Positions 1 through 13,842 of a stretch of DNA of 64,000 nt are shown here, one piece after another; the first letter of the stretch is position 1; every line of letters begins with the position of its first letter. Source of the stretch: an uncultured Alphaproteobacteria bacterium (GTDB lineage: Bacteria > Pseudomonadota > Alphaproteobacteria > Rhizobiales > Beijerinckiaceae); the NCBI GenBank assembly GCA_963701405.1, contig CAVPAB010000002.1, positions 472,229 to 536,228 of the forward strand. The letters run 5' to 3'. The notes beneath the pieces were generated by a model. The model was not told where the DNA came from and did no database searches. It was given only the letters and a program-made list of their open reading frames with translations. A program made the translations under genes and the position numbers.

Positions 1-391
1 TCTTGATGGCCGAGAAGGCGGGCGGCGTCTGCATGATCGTGCCGGTGAACTCGGGCAGCAGCGCCGCGATCTGGTCGGGCGCAGGCCGCGCCTCGGACGT
101 GCGCACCGGCTTTCCGTCGGAATCGTCGCTGTCGGTCTCCACGCCCCATTTCACGGTGAAGCGATAGGCCTTCTCGCCATCCTGCACGAAGGGCACGGTC
201 TTCGTCGCCTCGCCGAACGCCACGGGCAGGATGCCGGAGGCGAGCGGATCGAGCGTGCCCGCGTGGCCCGCTTTCTTCGCGTTGAAGATGCGCTTCAGCC
301 GCGAGACCGCGTGCGTCGACGTCATTCCCACAGGCTTGTCGAGAATGAGCCAGCCGTTGATTTCAGTCCGTTTCGAACGGGGCGCGCTCAT
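1..391 (-). CDS. truB: tRNA pseudouridine(55) synthase TruB (5' part; runs off the window start)
   Basis: Manual translation [29 protein letters not shown]...[14 protein letters not shown] contains the TruB HxGTLD motif; ATGA overlap with the rbfA stop. Confidence 0.95.
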   Translation of the reverse strand, partial: MSAPRSKRTEINGWLILDKPVGMTSTHAVSRLKRIFNAKKAGHAGTLDPLASGILPVAFGEATKTVPFVQDGEKAYRFTVKWGVETDSDDSDGKPVRTSEARPAPDQIAALLPEFTGTIMQTPPAFSAIK

Positions 392-819
392 TTGCTGTCG
401 GTGTCCGTTTCGCTGTCATCGTCCGATGGCGCCGGCAGATCGCGGCGCACCTGCGGCGAGTTCAGGAGCCTGTCGATCTTCGAGGCGTTCTCGAAATGCT
501 CGTCGATGCGGAAGCGGACGTCGGGCGCAAACTTCAGGTTGATCTTGCGCGCGACCTCGCCGCGCAGGAACTTGCGATGGCGATCGAGCGCCTCCAGCAC
601 CTTGTCGGAATCGCCGCCGCCGAGCGGCATCACGTACACCGTCGCGAGCTTGAGGTCAGGGCTCATCTTCACGCGCGGCACGGTGACGACATGGGTGTCG
701 AGCACGGGATCGTTGAGCGCCCCGCGCGTCAGCAGTTCCGACATGGCGTGCCGCACGAGTTCGCCCACGCGCAGCATGCGTTGGGAGGGCTCGCCGCCCT
801 TCTGATGCGATCTGGACAT
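388..819 (-). CDS. rbfA: Ribosome-binding factor A
   Basis: [14 protein letters not shown]...[11 protein letters not shown]...[11 protein letters not shown]; lies between infB and truB. Confidence 0.97.
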   Translation of the reverse strand: MSRSHQKGGEPSQRMLRVGELVRHAMSELLTRGALNDPVLDTHVVTVPRVKMSPDLKLATVYVMPLGGGDSDKVLEALDRHRKFLRGEVARKINLKFAPDVRFRIDEHFENASKIDRLLNSPQVRRDLPAPSDDDSETDTDSK

Positions 820-829
820 CGTTTGCCTT

Positions 830-2002
830 TCAGGAAGCCGTCTTGGCGTGCGCGGACTTGGCGTGCGCTGAGTTGCGAGATGCTGACTTGAAGGCGCGCG
901 CCTTGCTCACGAAGGCGTGGCCAGCGTCAGCGTCGATGAAACAACGCTTCGGCACGGCGTAGATTTCTTTCCAGCGTGTGATGAAGAGGACGTTCTGTTC
1001 TGTCTCCCGGATCGAGTCCACGCCCGCCCACGCGATGCGCGTTTCGAAATCCGCTCCGTGCGATACGAACCCGGCCTCGTCGATCTCGATCCGTCGCGTC
1101 ATGCGCCTGGGATCGTCGGCCGGCCATTCGTCCGCGCGGGCGCCTTCAATGCGCCGCGCGCCCAGAAAGGTCAACCCAATTGCGCCAAGGCAGGCCGCGA
1201 GCGCCCCCGCAAAAAGTCGCGTGTCCGGCGAACCGGTCGCCACCAGCCATACCGGCGCGCCGAAGATGACCGCTCCGGCCAGCCCCATGGTCAGGGCGGC
1301 CGTGGACAGCCTGACGGGCGCGCTCGCCCCCGCGGGACGCAAGGCGGCGTCCACATCGCGCGCGTCCTCGTGCGTAAGCGTGACGTCGACGCCCTCGCGA
1401 ACGCCCGGTTGCATGATGGGAAGCGCTCCGTCCCGAGCGGTGAGTGCGGGACTGCCTGCGGCCGAACCCGAGGGCGTCTCGATCTCGTCGGGGTCCGCCA
1501 TGCGTTCTTCGCAGAAGAGCACGAAGTCGCACATCGCCTTGCGGCCCTCGAACGCCTGCAGCGGCAGGACCACGACGTCGTCGCGCGTCTTGACGAGATA
1601 GACGCGTTCATCGTCGAGCGCGGCGGACGCGATCTCGTCCCAGGCGTAGATCCGCGTTCGTCCGTCTTCGCGGACGGCGATGTGATCGGGATAAACGGAG
1701 ACTTCGATGGGCTCGGCCGGCGCCGTCCAGCGAGCGATGCGCCGGTTGCGCCTCACGCGCCGCCACAGGGAGGCCGCGCCATACAGGAGGGCCGCGGCGA
1801 TCGCGATGATCGGCAGGAGCGCGAGTTCGCCGAACCAGCCGGGGTCCATGGCGCCCCAGCCGAGGCCCGCGAGGACGGCGGCTGCGGTGATGAGCGAAAG
1901 AGGGACAGGACGTTCGTCGAAGCGCTTAAGCAGCGCCTCGTAGTCGGCCTTCGTGATCTTGCAGACATAGCGCCGCATCGGCGCGAGGACCGGTTCCGGC
2001 AT
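830..2002 (-). CDS. Membrane protein with two tandem TM-hairpin plus YcxB-like domains
   Basis: Intact 390 aa ORF; two repeats of 2 TM helices followed by YAWDEI...VVVLP / IAWAGV...IYAVPKR. Confidence 0.65.
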   Translation of the reverse strand: MPEPVLAPMRRYVCKITKADYEALLKRFDERPVPLSLITAAAVLAGLGWGAMDPGWFGELALLPIIAIAAALLYGAASLWRRVRRNRRIARWTAPAEPIEVSVYPDHIAVREDGRTRIYAWDEIASAALDDERVYLVKTRDDVVVLPLQAFEGRKAMCDFVLFCEERMADPDEIETPSGSAAGSPALTARDGALPIMQPGVREGVDVTLTHEDARDVDAALRPAGASAPVRLSTAALTMGLAGAVIFGAPVWLVATGSPDTRLFAGALAACLGAIGLTFLGARRIEGARADEWPADDPRRMTRRIEIDEAGFVSHGADFETRIAWAGVDSIRETEQNVLFITRWKEIYAVPKRCFIDADAGHAFVSKARAFKSASRNSAHAKSAHAKTAS

Positions 2003-2039
2003 GGTGCGCCCCGATGCGTCCGCTGAAGGAGGCGCCCGC

Positions 2040-4726
<2,687 letters not shown>

Positions 4727-4730
4727 ACGC

Positions 4731-5531
4731 TCAGCTTCCCGGGGCATCGCCCCCGTTCATCGTTTCGGAGGTTCCGGCGGCGGCCGCCGTCACCTTTGCG
4801 TCATTCGTCCTGCGTTTCGTCCGGCGGACGCTCGGGAGCCGCCGCGGGAAGTCGTCAAGTGCGTCCTCGGGCGCTCCGTCGGGAGCGTCGTCGGGGTCGC
4901 CTTCGGCCATGCCGCCCGCCCGGTAATGGGCCAGCCGGCGGCATTTGGCGAGAAAGGCGTCGCTCGCGGCCCCTTTTCGAAGGGCAGCATGTATCACATT
5001 TGCCCGGCCCAATGCCAAATCCAATTGGCTGGAGGCGAACAATTCCGACCCGCGGCGTTTCCGACGCCACATCGCCCCGGCGCGTCAGCGCCGCGGCGAT
5101 CTTCCGCACGCCGTCCCGGCTGCCGTCCCGCGCATGGATAAGCGCGGCCGCGAGCCTTGCTGGCGATCTCGGTCTCCACCTTGAAGACGCCCGCCAGAAC
5201 CAGCCCGGCCTTGTTGGCCATGGACAAGCTCTGCAGCGCGTCCTTCTCGAGGAGCGCGTCGACCATGCCGGGCAGGTCATCAGGCGCCTGCGCGGGCTCC
5301 TTGAAGCCGCGCGTGAACGCCTTGCGTCCGCACCGCCTCGGCGACAGCCTTCGCCGTCGCCTGAACCCATACGCCCCGGCCGGGAAGCTTGCGCTTCAGG
5401 TCGGGGACAACCTGCCCGTCCGGCGCCAGTACGAAGCGGCTCAGGAGTTCGTCCGGCGGCAGCTTGGCGCGCGTGACGATGCAGGTCCGTTGCGAACCGT
5501 CCTCGTCCTGTGCGCGTCCGCCCCGGGTCAT
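4731..5531 (-). CDS. YlxR/DUF448 RNA-binding protein with L7Ae-like C-terminal part (frameshifted)
   Basis: RTCIVTR...PDLKRKLPGRGVWV, then LDLALGRANVIHAAL; lies between nusA and infB. Confidence 0.85.
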
Positions 5532-5544
5532 GGCGACCTCGTCC

Positions 5545-7147
5545 TCAGGCGCCCTCGGCCTGCGGTTCGGCCTCGCCCTCGACGGGCGCGGGAGCCTCGA
5601 TCCAGCCGGCCTTGACGCGCGCCGCCATGATCATCGCCTCCGCCTCGTCGCGGCTGATCTCGATCCCGTCGAGGTAGCCGGCGTGGCTTGATCGTCTCGC
5701 CGTCCTTGCGCTCGCTCCAGCCGACGAGATCGTCGGTGGCGCAGCCCGCCAGATCCTCGACGCGTCTTGACGTCGTTCTCGCCGAGCTTCACGAGCATCG
5801 GCGCTCGTGACGCCCTCGATCTCCTTGAGGTCGTCGGCGACGCCCAGTTCCTCGCGGCGGGTGTCGAACTCTGCCTCGATCGTGCGCAGGTAGCTCGCGG
5901 GCGCGGTTCTGGATCTCTTCAGCCGTCTCCTCGTCGAAGCCCTCGATGGAGGCGAGTTCCGCCACCTCGACATAGGCGAGCTCCTCGACGGAGCGGAAGC
6001 CTTCGGACGGCGAGCAGCTGGCCGACGACCTCGTCGACGTCCAGCGCCTCCATGAAGATCTTCGTGCGCTCGGCGAATTCCTTCTGGCGGCGCTCCGATT
6101 CCTCGGCCTCCGTCAGGATGTCGATGTCCCAGCCGGTGAGCTGGGAGGCGAGACGCACGTTCTGGCCGCGACGTCCGATCGCAAGAGACAACTGGTCATC
6201 GGGGACGACGACTTCGATACGCTCGGCATCTTCGTCGAGCACGACCTTGGCGACTTCGGCCGGCTGCAGCGCGTTGACGATGAACGTCGCCGACGTCGAC
6301 GGACCACGGAATGATGTCGATCTTCTCGCCCTGCAGTTCGCCGACCACGGCCTGCACGCGCGAGCCGCGCATGCCGACGCAGGCGCCGACCGGATCGATC
6401 GAGCTGTCGCGCGAGATCACGGCGATCTTGGCGCGCGAGCCCGGATCGCGGGCCACGGCCTTCACCTCGATGATGCCGTCGTAGATCTCCGGCACTTCCT
6501 GCGCGAAGAGCTTGGCCATGAACTGCGGATGCGTGCGCGACAGGAAGATCTGCGGGCCGCGCTGTTCGCGGCGCACGTCGTAGACATAGGCGCGGATGCG
6601 GTCGCCGGGGCGGAAGGTCTCGCGCGGGATCAGCTCGTCGCGGCGGATGATGCCTTCGCCGCGGCCGAGGTCGACGATGACGTTGCCGTATTCGGCGCGC
6701 TTCACGACGCCGTTGACGATCTCGCCGATGCGGTCCTTGTACTCGTCGTACTGGCGGTCGCGCTCGGCCTCGCGCACCTTCTGCACGATGACCTGCTTGG
6801 CCGACTGCGCGGCGATGCGGCCGAAGTCGAAGGGCGGCAGCGTCTCGGCGATCGCAGTCGCCGACCTGCGCGGCCGGGTTGCTGCGCTGGGCGTCGGCCA
6901 GCGTGATCTGCGATCGCGTCGTTCTCGACCTCGTCGACGACCTGGAGATAGGCGCGAGAGGCGGAGCTCGCCCGTCTTCGGGTTGATCTCGGCGTGGACT
7001 TCGGTCTCCGTGCCGTAGCGCGAGCGGGCCGCCTTTGCGATGCGCGTCCTCCATCGCGGCGAGGACGATCTGCCGGTCGATGACCTTCTCGCGCGCGACC
7101 GCGTCGGCGATCTGCAAGAGTTCGAGCCTGTTGGCGCTGACGGCCAT
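5545..7147 (-). CDS. nusA: Transcription termination/antitermination factor NusA (frameshifted)
   Basis: [21 protein letters not shown]; [12 protein letters not shown]; [14 protein letters not shown]; [19 protein letters not shown]. Confidence 0.97.
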
Positions 7148-7177
7148 GGCCGTGTCCTCCTTCGGACCTGTTGCCTG

Positions 7178-7946
7178 CTAGACGATCAACGGGACTGGCG
7201 CGGCGCGGGAGCCGCCGGGCCGGGTTTTGCTTGTCTCTCGGCGTTCTTGCGGGCGAAGCGGCCGGGGCCCCGGCGCGGCGCGTCCGAGGCCGGCCTCGGC
7301 TCGGGGCCTCTTCTTCCGTGTCTCCTGCGGCTCTTCGAGCGTCGCCTTGCCGGCGCGCAGGGATTCGCGGATCAGCGTCGTCGGTGAGCACCAGCCGCGC
7401 CTCGTCGAGATCGGCCAGCGGCAGGCGCACGTCGGATTCCTCGTCGGCCTTGGCGTCGGTGCGGTCGAGCTTCGCACGCGCGCTCGCCGTCCGTCGACGC
7501 CCTCGATCACAGCCGCGGAAGCGCTTGCGGCCGTAGTGCCGGGACGGCCATCTCGATCTTCGCCTCGTGGCCGACCCAGCGCGCAGGAAGTCGGACGCCC
7601 GCACCAGCGGCCGGTCGATGCCGGGCGAGGACATTTCCAGGTGGTAGGCGCGCTCGATGGGATCGTCGACGTCGAGCGCGGGCGAGATGGCGCCGCTGGC
7701 CTTCTCGCAATCGTCGACGGTCATGGTGCCGTCCGGCCGCTCGGCCATGATCTGCACGACCGGGCCCTGGTTGGTCGAAATCTTCACGCGCACGAGCCGG
7801 TAGCCGAGGTCGTTCAGGATCGGCGCGGCCACGCGGGCGACGCGCGCCGCAGGCCCCGTCTCGGAGACGAGACGCGGCTCCCCAAGGTCAGCGGCGATTT
7901 CCGCCCCCGAACCCGTGGTGTTCGCTGTCTGCTCGGCTTCGTTCAA
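7178..7946 (-). CDS. rimP: Ribosome maturation factor RimP (frameshifted; TTG start inferred)
   Basis: LGYRLVRV...[17 protein letters not shown]...[14 protein letters not shown]; upstream of nusA. Confidence 0.93.
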
Positions 7947-7973
7947 TCTTCGCTCCGGACCCTTGCGGGTAAT

Positions 7974-8006
7974 AAAAAAGAGCGGGTCCCGGCCGGGCCC
8001 CACTCT
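7974..8006 (-). terminator. Intrinsic terminator-like hairpin in the rimP leader (putative attenuator)
   Basis: Minus strand AGAGTGGG-gcccggccggga-CCCGCTCT-TTTTT, located between the promoter and the rimP start. Confidence 0.65.
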
Positions 8007-8054
8007 CCATGATGACCACCCGAAGATGATCCATATGAGAACTGTTGACGCGGC

Positions 8055-8084
8055 TTATAGCCGAAAACGCCGGCTCCCCGCAAG
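8055..8084 (-). promoter_or_regulatory. Sigma70-type promoter of the rimP-nusA-infB operon
   Basis: Minus strand CTTGCG-N18-CTATAA resembles the alphaproteobacterial CTTGAC...CTATAT consensus. Confidence 0.6.
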
Positions 8085-8214
8085 GGGCGCGAGATGTTTC
8101 GGCCTCTAAGTTTTGCGCCAGATCAAGGAGCCGGCGCAGCCTGCGCCGCACTCTGCGCTTCAAGGCCGGAAGCCAGCGCGTCAACGCGCGAGGCCGGCGG
8201 AGGAGACGCCGCAG

Positions 8215-9497
8215 ATGCTCAAGCCGCACGATAACGAACGGGTCACGCGCGTGGGACGCGGAACGCCCATGGGCGAATTGTTCCGCCGCTACTGGATTCC
8301 CGCCGCCCTGTCGCAGGAATTGCCCGAGAAGGATGGAGCGCCGGTGCGCGTGCGGCTTCTGGGCGAAGACCTCATCGCCTTCCGCGACACCGATGGGATC
8401 GTCGGCCTCGTCGACGCGTACTGCCCGCACCGGGGCGCGCCGATGTTCTTCGGCCGCAACGAGGAGTACGGCCTGCGCTGCGTCTACCACGGCTGGAAGT
8501 TCGACGCCACGGCGACTGCACCGACATGCCCTCCGAGCCGAAAGGCACGCCGCTTCAAGCGAAAGTGAAGATGCTCGCCTACCCGACGCACGAGGCGGGC
8601 GGCATCGTCTGGACCTACATGGGCCCGAAGGACAGCATGCCCGCGCCGCCCGATTTCGAATGGATGCGCGCGCCCACGGCCAACCGCTTCGTGTCGAAGA
8701 CATGGGAGGATTGCAACTGGCTGCAGGCGATGGAAGGCGGCCTCGACACCGCGCATTCGTCTTTCGTGCACAACGAATTCATCGGCAACAACGATTCGCT
8801 GCGCAACCAGGATCGCGCGCCGCAGATCGAAGTGGAGCGCACCGGGTACGGATATTATTATGTCTCGACGCGCCGCCTCACCGAAGGCCGCAATTACGTG
8901 CGGCTGTATCACTACGTGATGCCGAACCAGCAGATGCGCTCGGGCACGGTGAAATTCCTCGATCACGGCGGCGACGACGATCCGCACGCGGTTCCCAAGC
9001 TCGACGGCCATGTGTGGGTTCCCGTCGACGACGAGCACACCTACGTCTACAACTGGTCGTGCGCGGTGGGAGAAGAGGGCTTTCCGCCCGGCTATGTGGA
9101 GCGCTGGGAAAGCTTCATGGGCCGCGGCCCGGACGACCTCATCCCCGGCACGTTCCGCCTGAAGCGCAATCTCTCCAACGATTACCTCATCGACCGGCAG
9201 ATGCAGCGCACGCAGACGTTCTCCGGCATCAAGGGCCTCAACACGCAGGACTACGCCCTGCAGGAAGGCATGGGCCCCATCGTCGATCGCTCGCAGGAAT
9301 TTCTCGGCACGTCCGACCGCGCCATCGTCACCATGCGCCGGATGCTGCTGGAGGCGACCCACGCGGTGGAAAGCGGCCAGAAGGCGCCCGGCAACGATCC
9401 CGCCGTGCAGCGCGGCATTCGCCCCGTGGACCGCGTGCTCGACGCTGGCCAGGCGTGGAAGGAGGTCTTCGCCAAGGCGATGGAGCCTAAATGGTGA
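8215..9497 (+). CDS. Rieske non-heme iron oxygenase, phthalate 4,5-dioxygenase/LigX-like (one frameshift near 8510)
   Basis: GTPMGELFRRYW; Rieske CPHRG...CVYHGWKFD; NWLQAMEGGLDTAHSSFVH; QDYALQEGMG; SD GGAGG. Confidence 0.88.
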
Positions 9498-9643
9498 GGG
9501 CGTCATAAGCGGCCGCCGCCGCCCTTCTGCGAACCGATTTCATCTGCGGATTTGACCTGACCCGGGTTTGCGCCCCCGCGCGCCTCGACTTGCGCGCTCC
9601 AGCCCCGTAGGACGAGCGCACGTCGCCGCCCCCGGACAAGCTG

Positions 9644-10861
9644 ATGCTCAAGCCCGATTCACGAGGGATGACGGTCCTCCTCGCGTTCATGACCGCGATG
9701 GGGCCGATCTCCACGGACCTGTACGTGCCCGCGCTGCCGCAGCTCGCGACCGAGTTCGGCGTGACGCCCGCGCGCGTGCAATGGACGCTCTCGTCCTACC
9801 TGATGGGCTTTGCCGTCGGCCAGCTCGCCTACGGGCCGCTGTCCGACAAGTACGGCCGCAAGCCGCTTCTGATGCTCGGCTTCGCCGCCTATCTCATCGG
9901 CACGATCGCCAGCGTCTTCGCGACGTCCATCGAAGCGCTGACGCTGTCGCGCATGCTGCAGGGCATCGGCGGCGCGGGGCCCATCATCATCGCCCGCGCC
10001 ATCGTGCGCGACATGTACGAGGGCGCGCGGGCGGGGCGGCAATTGTCGCTCATGAGCACGATCATGGGCATCGCGCCCATCGCCTCGCCGGTGCTCGGCG
10101 GCTTCCTCGCCGTGTGGTTCGGCTGGCGCGCGAGTTTTGTCGCCATGCTCGCGATGGTTGGGCCGATCGCCGCGCTCGCGTTCGTCTATCTGCCCGAGAC
10201 GCTGCGCCACAGGCAGAGCGGCCCGGTGAGCGTGCGCGCCATCGGCGCCAGCTTCGCCATCGTCGCGCGCCATCGCGTGTGGCGCGTCTATGCGTCCATC
10301 ATGGCGATGAGCCACACGGGCCTGTTCACGTTCGTCGCCGCCTCGCCCTTCGTGCTGCAATCCATCTATGGGCTGACGCCCGTCCAGTTCGGCGCGGGCT
10401 TTTCCGCATGCTCCATCGCGTTCGTCAGCGGCGCCTATGCGGGCTCGCGCCTCGTCACGCGGCGTGGAATCGAGGGCGTCGTTTCGCTCGGCGTCATCTG
10501 CCTGTTCGCCGGCGGCGCCATGCAGCTTGCCGGGCACCTGATGTTTCCAGAGTCCGTTCTGGCGCTGTTCATTCCCGAACTCGTCTATTTCTACGGCATC
10601 GGCTACGTGCTGCCCCATTCCATCGCCGGCGCCCTCTCGCCGTTCCCCGAACGCGCGGGCGCCGCGACGTCGCTGCAGGGCTTCATGCAGATGACGTTCT
10701 CGGCGGCCATGGGCATTTTCGTCGTGGCGCTGATCGCGCGCTTCGGGCCGCTGCCGCTCGCGCTCACCACGTTTTTCATGGGCGCGGGAACGTTCGCCGT
10801 GTTCCGTTTGTCGGAGAAGACGCGCGCCGCCGCGCGAAAGCCGCTGACGCGCCGCTTCTAG
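9644..10861 (+). CDS. Bcr/CflA family MFS efflux transporter
   Basis: DLYVPALP; GPLSDKYGRKP; about 12 TM; LPET motif. Confidence 0.9.
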   Translation: MLKPDSRGMTVLLAFMTAMGPISTDLYVPALPQLATEFGVTPARVQWTLSSYLMGFAVGQLAYGPLSDKYGRKPLLMLGFAAYLIGTIASVFATSIEALTLSRMLQGIGGAGPIIIARAIVRDMYEGARAGRQLSLMSTIMGIAPIASPVLGGFLAVWFGWRASFVAMLAMVGPIAALAFVYLPETLRHRQSGPVSVRAIGASFAIVARHRVWRVYASIMAMSHTGLFTFVAASPFVLQSIYGLTPVQFGAGFSACSIAFVSGAYAGSRLVTRRGIEGVVSLGVICLFAGGAMQLAGHLMFPESVLALFIPELVYFYGIGYVLPHSIAGALSPFPERAGAATSLQGFMQMTFSAAMGIFVVALIARFGPLPLALTTFFMGAGTFAVFRLSEKTRAAARKPLTRRF

Positions 10862-11686
10862 ATCACGCGATCTGGTCGTAGGCCGCAATCAGCCGCGCGA
10901 TGTCCTCCGGCGCGCGACAGGCGATGATCGCCATCCTTGATCAGGGTCAGCGACACGGGTCCTCGCGCGAGATGCTCGACGAGCGCCAGCGCGTGCTGGC
11001 AGGGCACGTCGGGGTCCTGCATGCCCTGCAGGATGTGCACGGGGCAGCCTGGGCGCGGATCGGCCGCCCATCAGCAGGTGATTGCGGCCGTCCTCGATCA
11101 GCCCGCGGGTGATCGGGTAGGGCTCGGGCGAATAGGCGGACGGGCGCATCCACGACGCCCTTCTCCTCGATGTCGCGCCGCGCGGCCTTCGGGAATCGCG
11201 GCCCACATCAGCGCCTCGCGTGAAATCGACGGCCGGCGCGATCAGCACCAGGCCCGCGAGCCTGTTCTCTTCGCCCAGCCGCGCGAGTTCGCGCGCCACG
11301 AGCAGCGCGATCCAGCCGCCCATCGACGAGCCGACGAGGATCGGCGGCCCGCTCGTCAGCGCGCGGATCACGGCGAGGCTGTCCTGCGCGCCAGCGGCCG
11401 ATCGTTCCGTCTTCGAACCGCCCGCCCGATTCGCCGTGCCCGGAATAGTCGAAGCGCAGGAAGGCGCGACCCTGCGCCCGCGCGGCAGTCCTCGAGGCGC
11501 GCCGCCTTGGTCGACAGCATGTCGGAGCGGAAGCCGCCGAGCCAGACGCCGCCGGGCCGGCCGGGCCTGGCGGCGGCGAGCGCCCGGTAGGCGATCGGCG
11601 TGGGCGGCGCGCCCGCCTGTCCGCTTGCCATCTGAAAGAACTGGGGCAATAGCGGGCCGGTCTGCGCCCGTCGGCGTTTCATTCAC
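10858..11686 (-). CDS. Alpha/beta hydrolase (frameshifted)
   Basis: WLGGFRSDM..TKA; VGSSMGGWIA; HILQGMQDPDVP; IKDGDHRLSR. Confidence 0.85.
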
Positions 11687-11772
11687 GCGTTCGTTCCTGT
11701 AGTGAGGGACACGGCGTCCCGCCTCCGGGACGGGCCAAGCGGTTTTCAGTGTTTACACGCAGCGGACACAGG

Positions 11773-13023
11773 ATGCGACCGGGCCAGTCATCGTCTCAAC
11801 CCCCCGGACCGTTTCCCGAGCTCGCCGGGCGCACGATCCTGCAGATCATTCCCGAACTCGACGCCGGCGGCGCCGAGCGCACGACCGTCGACGTCGCCGC
11901 CGCGCTGGCGGCCTCGGGCGCCCGCGCGCTGGTGGCGCTGCGAGGGCGGCCGGCTCGTCGGCGAGTTGCAGGCGCAAGGGCGGCCTCTGGATTCCGTTCC
12001 CGGCGAAGCACGAAGAACCCGCTGACGATGGCGCTCAACGTCGCGGCGGTTGCAGAAGCTGCTCCGCGACGAGGGCGTGCGATCTCGTCCATGCGCGCTC
12101 GCGCGCTCCGGCCTGGGTGGCGCTGGGCGCCGCGCGCGCGCCTGAAGCTTCCGTTCGTGACGACCTATCACGGCGCTATGCCGGAACGAGTTCGCGGTCA
12201 AGGTGCTCTACAATTCGGTGATGGCGCGCGGCGACGTCGTGATCGCCAACTCGTATTACACGCGCGACCGCATCGTCGAGCATGCATCCGTTCGCGAGGG
12301 ATCGCATCGCGTCGTCCATCGCGGCACCGATCTGCGCGCCTTCCGCCCGAGCAGGTCGCAGCCGAGCGCGTGCAGACGCTGCGCCGCGACTGGGGCGTGG
12401 AGCCCGCACGAGCGCATCGTCCTGCTCGCCGCGCGCCTCACCGCCTGGAAGGGCCAGCGCGTCCTGGTCGACGCCGCCAGGCTGCTCGCCAAACGCGGCC
12501 TCTCCGACGTCGCGCTTCATCCTCGCCGGCGACCAGCAGGGCCGCGACGGCTATGTCGAGGAACTCGACGCGCGGATCGCGGCCGCGGGCCTGACGGGGA
12601 TCGTGCGCCGCGTCGGCCATTGCGCCGACATGCCCGCCGCGTTCCTGGCCGCGACCGTCGTGTGCCGTGCCCTCCATCGAGCCGGAGGCCTTCGGGCGCT
12701 CCGCCGTCGAGGCGCAGGCCATGGGCGTGCCGGTCGTCGTCACCGACATCGGCGCCGTGCCCGAGACGGTGCTGGCGCCGCCGCAGGCCGCGAGGCCGAG
12801 CGCACCGGCTGGCGCGTCCCGCCCGACGATGTCGACGCCCTCGCGGACGCCCTCGCGCAGATGCTGGCCCTTGGCGCGAGCCAGCGCGAGGCGCTCGCCT
12901 CGCCGCGCCCGCCGCCATGTGGAAAGCCATTTCTCGGTCGAGACCATGTGCGCGCGGACGCTTTCGGTCTATTCCGAGCTGTTTTCCGCGCGCCGCGCCG
13001 AGGCGCGGGCGACACAATCGTGA
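11773..13023 (+). CDS. Glycosyltransferase family 4 (frameshifted)
   Basis: ILQIIPELDAGGAERTT; ARLTAWKGQ; EPEAFGRSAVEAQAMG (EX7E motif). Confidence 0.88.
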
Positions 13024-13172
13024 TTTTTCGCCCGCTTGGGGGGCTGCGCGCATTGACACGTGAGCGCGCACGCATGAATTGTAATCTGGGTTCGGGTCCT
13101 CGCTGCGCATAGCCGCGGGGCTTTTTGGCTTAGGCGCCCGAGTCCGGCTTATTCACTTCAGGAGATCTGACC

Positions 13173-13716
13173 ATTCGCCGTCCCATGAAAGCGCCGCCGG
13201 CCCCGCGAAGGACGGGCCGCGCACCAACCAGGAGATCCGCGCGCGCGAAGTGCAGCTGATCGACTCAGGAGGGCAAGAACCAGGGGCGTTATCGCCTTCC
13301 CTGACGCGCTCCAGCTGGCCGAAGACGCCGGACTCGATCTCGTCGAGATCGCCCCGAACGCCAATCCGCCGGTCTGCAAGATCCTCGATTACGGCAAGTT
13401 CCACTTCCACGAGCAGAAGAAGGCCGCCGAGGCCCGCAAGAAGCAGAAGATCGTCGAGGTCAAGGAGATCAAGCTCCGTCCCGGCATCGACGACCACGAC
13501 TACGACGTCGAAGATGAAGGCCGTGCGCCGCTTCTTCGAGGAAGGCGACAAGGTCAAGGTGACCCTGCGCTTCCGCGGCCGCGAAATGGCCCACCAGGAC
13601 ATCGGCTTCCGCCTGCTCGAGCGGGTGCGCAAGCGAGACGGCGGCGATCGCCAAGGTCGAGGCCGAGCCCTCGCATGGAAGGCCGCCAGATGATCATGGT
13701 CCTGTCGCCCAAGTAA
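13173..13716 (+). CDS. infC: Translation initiation factor IF-3, ATT start (frameshifted)
   Basis: GGAG SD then ATT CGC CGT CCC; [17 protein letters not shown]; [11 protein letters not shown]; [17 protein letters not shown]. Confidence 0.95.
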
Positions 13717-13842
13717 CTGGCGGCGACTGATCTACAGAAATCGCCTCCCCGCGGCGCGGGGAGGTCGTGAACCGCCTCTCCGCCCCTGCGCAGAGCCCCT
13801 CCGGGCCAGTCAGGCTTCGAGCCGGAAGGGACAGAACCAGCC

